This document shows positions 61,248-64,000 of a stretch of 64,000 nucleotides of DNA, piece after piece (positions within the stretch are counted from its first letter, which is position 1; each line of letters begins with the position of its first letter). Source of the DNA: Candidatus Iainarchaeum sp. (lineage in GTDB: Archaea; Iainarchaeota; Iainarchaeia; Iainarchaeales; GCA-2688035); the NCBI GenBank assembly GCA_017610175.1, contig JAFCCO010000001.1, positions 1 through 64,000 of the forward strand, written 5' to 3'. Below the pieces are notes generated by a model. That model was given only the letters and a program-made list of their open reading frames with translations, did no database searches and was not told where the DNA came from. Made by a program: the position numbers and the translations under genes.

Positions 61248-61315
61248 TTCAATTACTTAAACGCTTTTGATTGTTTTATTTCTTTCCCTTGCATAAAGGG
61301 GCGGTTTAAGCAAGC

Positions 61316-61567
61316 TCATTTCTTGTAAATATTCTTTCTGTGTGAAACCTTTAGCACAAGGATGATTAGTTTTTTTTGTTCAATGTCAGCTATTGCCCTG
61401 TAGTGGCCAATTCTCAGGTTGTAGGCTTCCTCTCCCACCAGCTTTTTGAAGTGGGTTTCCGGCCGGATTCTTGCCCTCTCCAAAGCTGAAACAATTCGTT
61501 CCTGCTGGCTTTTTTCGAGTTTTTTGAGCTGGCGCTCTGCTTTGTTGGAGATAACAATGCTGTACAT
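61316..61567 (-). CDS. relE: RelE/ParE-family toxin
   Basis: A.RQLKKL, KKL.G, Y.LRIG.YR, HRKNIY. Confidence 0.93.
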   Translation of the reverse strand: MYSIVISNKAERQLKKLEKSQQERIVSALERARIRPETHFKKLVGEEAYNLRIGHYRAIADIEQKKLIILVLKVSHRKNIYKK

Positions 61568-61792
61568 TTACAAACCCAACTCTTTCTTTACCTGTGCGAG
61601 AGTTTTAACCTTGCCTTCCTTGAATTCCTTCCTTGCTTCTTCGATATCCCTTTTGGTTTCCTCTGAAATTTCCATTGTGTCCTCCAGCAAATCCCAGATT
61701 ACTTCTTCATAGCTTTCTTTGCTGCTGAACTTGCGATCCTGCAGCTTCTTGCGCAGTTCTTTGCTAATCTGAATGGTTGTTTCCATAGCCAC
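61568..61792 (-). CDS. Antitoxin (archaeal RHH/RelB-like)
   Basis: TTIQIS...L...K...ESYEEVI..LL, acidic helix, G....L..VK.ELGL; abuts relE. Confidence 0.85.
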   Translation of the reverse strand: MAMETTIQISKELRKKLQDRKFSSKESYEEVIWDLLEDTMEISEETKRDIEEARKEFKEGKVKTLAQVKKELGL

Positions 61793-61810
61793 TATATAAG
61801 TTGTTATAGT
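61791..61810. promoter_or_regulatory. Inverted repeat at the antitoxin start (TA operator candidate)
   Basis: ACTATA-N8-TATAGT overlapping the promoter/start. Confidence 0.4.
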
Positions 61811-61824
61811 TTATAATCTTTTCT

Positions 61825-62952
61825 TTAATTTGCCCACTCTGCCATTCTTGCCTGCTTCAGGCCAGAGGCCTGAATAAATGGCCCTGCCCTTGCCATTATT
61901 GCCCCTGCCCGCTTCAAATCCATTTCCTCAATCTTTTTCTTGTGCTTCCGCAGCTGCAGAATCTTGTCCGCACTAACCGGCCCTATTCCCGGAACATGCA
62001 GGAGCTCTTCTTTGCTTGCGCAATTAATGTCAACAGGGAATCTGTTTGGATTGTTTAGTGCAACCGCAAACTTTACGTCCTTCACATTTCCAAAATTTTC
62101 CTCTTCGTTTAAGGCTAATTTCAATTCCTTCAGCCTGTAACCGTATACACGGAGCAGCCAGTCGCTTTGGTAGAAACGATGCTCCCTTGACGGCTCTTCC
62201 GCTTCCCTGCCCTCAAGCCCTGTTCCCTCAATGGGCTGGAAGGCAGAGAAATATGTGCGGTAGAGCTGTGTTTCATGGTAGAGCCTATCCATTTTACCAA
62301 GTATTTCCAAATCCGTTTCGCCCGCCGCCCCCAGAAGGAACTGGGTGGTAAAGCTTCGAAGAAGCCCCTTGCGCTTTATTTCGTTTATCCAGCGAAACCT
62401 TTTCTCCAAGTCGTTTGAATAATCCTTTGTGCTGCCAAGCAACTGCATTCTGCTACTGCTTGTTGCCTCCAAATTCAGTGACATTCTTGTTGCAAGCCCT
62501 GCCATTTCGTACACTAGGTGCTTTGACATCGTGGGCAAAACTTTCAAATGAATGTATCCCTTAAATTTGAATTTGTTCCGCAAAATTTTTGCACTTTCAA
62601 TCATTTTTTCGGCAGTTCTGTCAGCTTCCCCTGTTATTGCGGAACTTAGGAAAAGCCCGGCTACCTGCCCTGCCCTGTAAAGTGAGTTAAAGCTTTTTGC
62701 AACCTCGCCGGGGGCGAGTTCTGCTTTTCCCTTTGAACAGCTGCTGTTAACGCAGTACTTGCAGTCGTGAATGCAGGCATTGCTTTGCAGCACTTTCATT
62801 AACCTGCATTGCTCCGCGGTATTTGAGCAGTCGTGCACAAAGTTTGAGTATGAGGCGGGAATTTTGCTTTTGCGAAGGCTCTTTCTTTTATCGCCTCCGC
62901 ATGAATCCCATGAAGCGGCAGAGCCAAGCTTCTGCAGTTTTTCAAGAAGCAT
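61825..62952 (-). CDS. Putative DNA modification/repair radical SAM protein with HhH motif
   Basis: N.CIHDCKYC.N, GLFLSS, GYIHLK, R.S.NLE, YFSAFQP, REHR.YQ.DWLLR.YG, FPVDIN, VPGIG. Confidence 0.9.
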   Translation of the reverse strand: MLLEKLQKLGSAASWDSCGGDKRKSLRKSKIPASYSNFVHDCSNTAEQCRLMKVLQSNACIHDCKYCVNSSCSKGKAELAPGEVAKSFNSLYRAGQVAGLFLSSAITGEADRTAEKMIESAKILRNKFKFKGYIHLKVLPTMSKHLVYEMAGLATRMSLNLEATSSSRMQLLGSTKDYSNDLEKRFRWINEIKRKGLLRSFTTQFLLGAAGETDLEILGKMDRLYHETQLYRTYFSAFQPIEGTGLEGREAEEPSREHRFYQSDWLLRVYGYRLKELKLALNEEENFGNVKDVKFAVALNNPNRFPVDINCASKEELLHVPGIGPVSADKILQLRKHKKKIEEMDLKRAGAIMARAGPFIQASGLKQARMAEWAN

Positions 62953-62994
62953 GCAATAATGTGGGGTTGGCTTGGGGTATTGATTTGGATGGAG

Positions 62995-64000
62995 TTACTT
63001 TCCGGTATTCCGCTGATTGCCGATTACAATCCTCGCATCAACCGCGTAAAGTTTTCCCTTTGAAACAATTATTGGGTTCAAATCGATTTCCTGAATTTCC
63101 GGAAAGTCCAGCACAAACTGTGAGAATGCGATGAGAATCTTTTCAAGTTCAAGAAGGTTTATTTTGAACTTTTTCCTGTAGCCTGCGAGAAGTTTGTAGA
63201 CCTTTGTTCTCCGGATAATGTTTTTTGCAAGGGTCTGGTTTAGGGGGGGCAATCCTATGCTCTTGTCCTGGAATAGCTCTGTTGCAACCCCCCCCATTCC
63301 GAACAGAATTACCGGCCCGAACACCGAGTCATTTTTTGACCCAAGGATTAATTCAAGGCTTCCTGCAACCATTTTTTGCACGCTAACCCCTCTGATTTTT
63401 GCATTGGGGGCTGCCTTTCTTGCATTGGAAGTAATTTTTTTGAACGCATTTTGCACTTCTTTTTCTGAAGCAAGGTTTAGGGAAACCGCGTTTGCATCTG
63501 TTTTGTGCGTAATTTCGTCCGAAACGACCTTCAGTGCGATTGGGAATCCAAGCAGGCGTGCCTGCTTTACAGCGTCCTTTGCATTTGCTGCAAACACTGT
63601 TTTGTTTACGGGAATTCCGTACTCTTCCAGAATCTCTTTTGAGTCAACCTCATCCAGCACACGGTTTTTTCTCGCAAGGTTTTTATCAAAGATTGCGCGA
63701 ATCCTTTTCTTGCTTGGTTTTGAGCCGAGTTCAATTTCCTTTGGTTTCTCGTAAAGGTTTGCGATATTTTCCCTGTAGGAATTCATGTAGCTGAAAACCC
63801 TCACCGCTTTTTCAGGGGTCCTGTAGGATGGCAGGCCTTTTTTTCTGAGAACCTCGCGTGCGGGCTCAACAAATGATTCCCCCATCCAGCATCCGAGAAC
63901 GGTTTTCTTGCTCTTCTCCGCCTGCTCTGCAACAATCTTTGCAACCTCTGCGGGCCTTGTTATTGCCTGCGGGCTAAGGATTACAATTACCCCGTCCACG
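62995..64000 (-). CDS. ADP-forming acetate--CoA ligase (fused form; 5' part outside the window)
   Basis: ATP-grasp motifs GFP..LK, HKTD, ELI.G...D..FGP...FG.GG, E.DLNP, VDAR. Confidence 0.9.
   Translation of the reverse strand, partial: VDGVIVILSPQAITRPAEVAKIVAEQAEKSKKTVLGCWMGESFVEPAREVLRKKGLPSYRTPEKAVRVFSYMNSYRENIANLYEKPKEIELGSKPSKKRIRAIFDKNLARKNRVLDEVDSKEILEEYGIPVNKTVFAANAKDAVKQARLLGFPIALKVVSDEITHKTDANAVSLNLASEKEVQNAFKKITSNARKAAPNAKIRGVSVQKMVAGSLELILGSKNDSVFGPVILFGMGGVATELFQDKSIGLPPLNQTLAKNIIRRTKVYKLLAGYRKKFKINLLELEKILIAFSQFVLDFPEIQEIDLNPIIVSKGKLYAVDARIVIGNQRNTGK

Overview
Core-genome region of an archaeon, by gene content and style a DPANN lineage (Iainarchaeota/Diapherotrites-like is an inference). 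The standard genetic code is used and nearly all genes are on the minus strand. About 55 kb is one co-oriented information-processing supercluster: rpoH-B''-B'-A'-A''-L30e-nusA-S12-S7-EF2-EF1a-S10; an RpiB-Nudix/archease/RtcB operon; the L3-to-secY ribosomal block; DUF106-L34e-L14e-S13-S4-S11-rpoD-tRNA-Leu(intron)-L18e-L13-S9-rpoN-S2-MEMO1; TrmB-like and gltX; and L7Ae-S28e-L24e-ndk-dut-aIF5B-S6e-aIF2g-PIN-rpoE'-spt4-S24e-S27ae-CPBP-sua5-kae1. The left flank holds a mosaic surface protein, a MazEF-like TA module and an attC-like palindrome. The right flank holds an HD hydrolase, MscS, a CaCA antiporter, lipoproteins, tRNA-Asp, a methyltransferase, a flavin reductase, a RelBE-like TA, a radical SAM-HhH protein and ADP-forming acetyl-CoA synthetase. 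Two genes missing from the ORF track were recovered by hand: uS14 and the 1..1460 surface protein. Most striking: (1) clustered substitutions of normally near-invariant residues around the RNA polymerase NTP-entry/trigger-loop site across all four large-subunit genes; (2) a long structured RNA directly upstream of the RNAP operon; (3) an integron attC-like site; (4) an RpiB-Nudix fusion coupled to archease/RtcB; (5) structured ribosomal-protein leaders; (6) several very basic orphan proteins. All homology calls are from motif recognition only; no searches were run.
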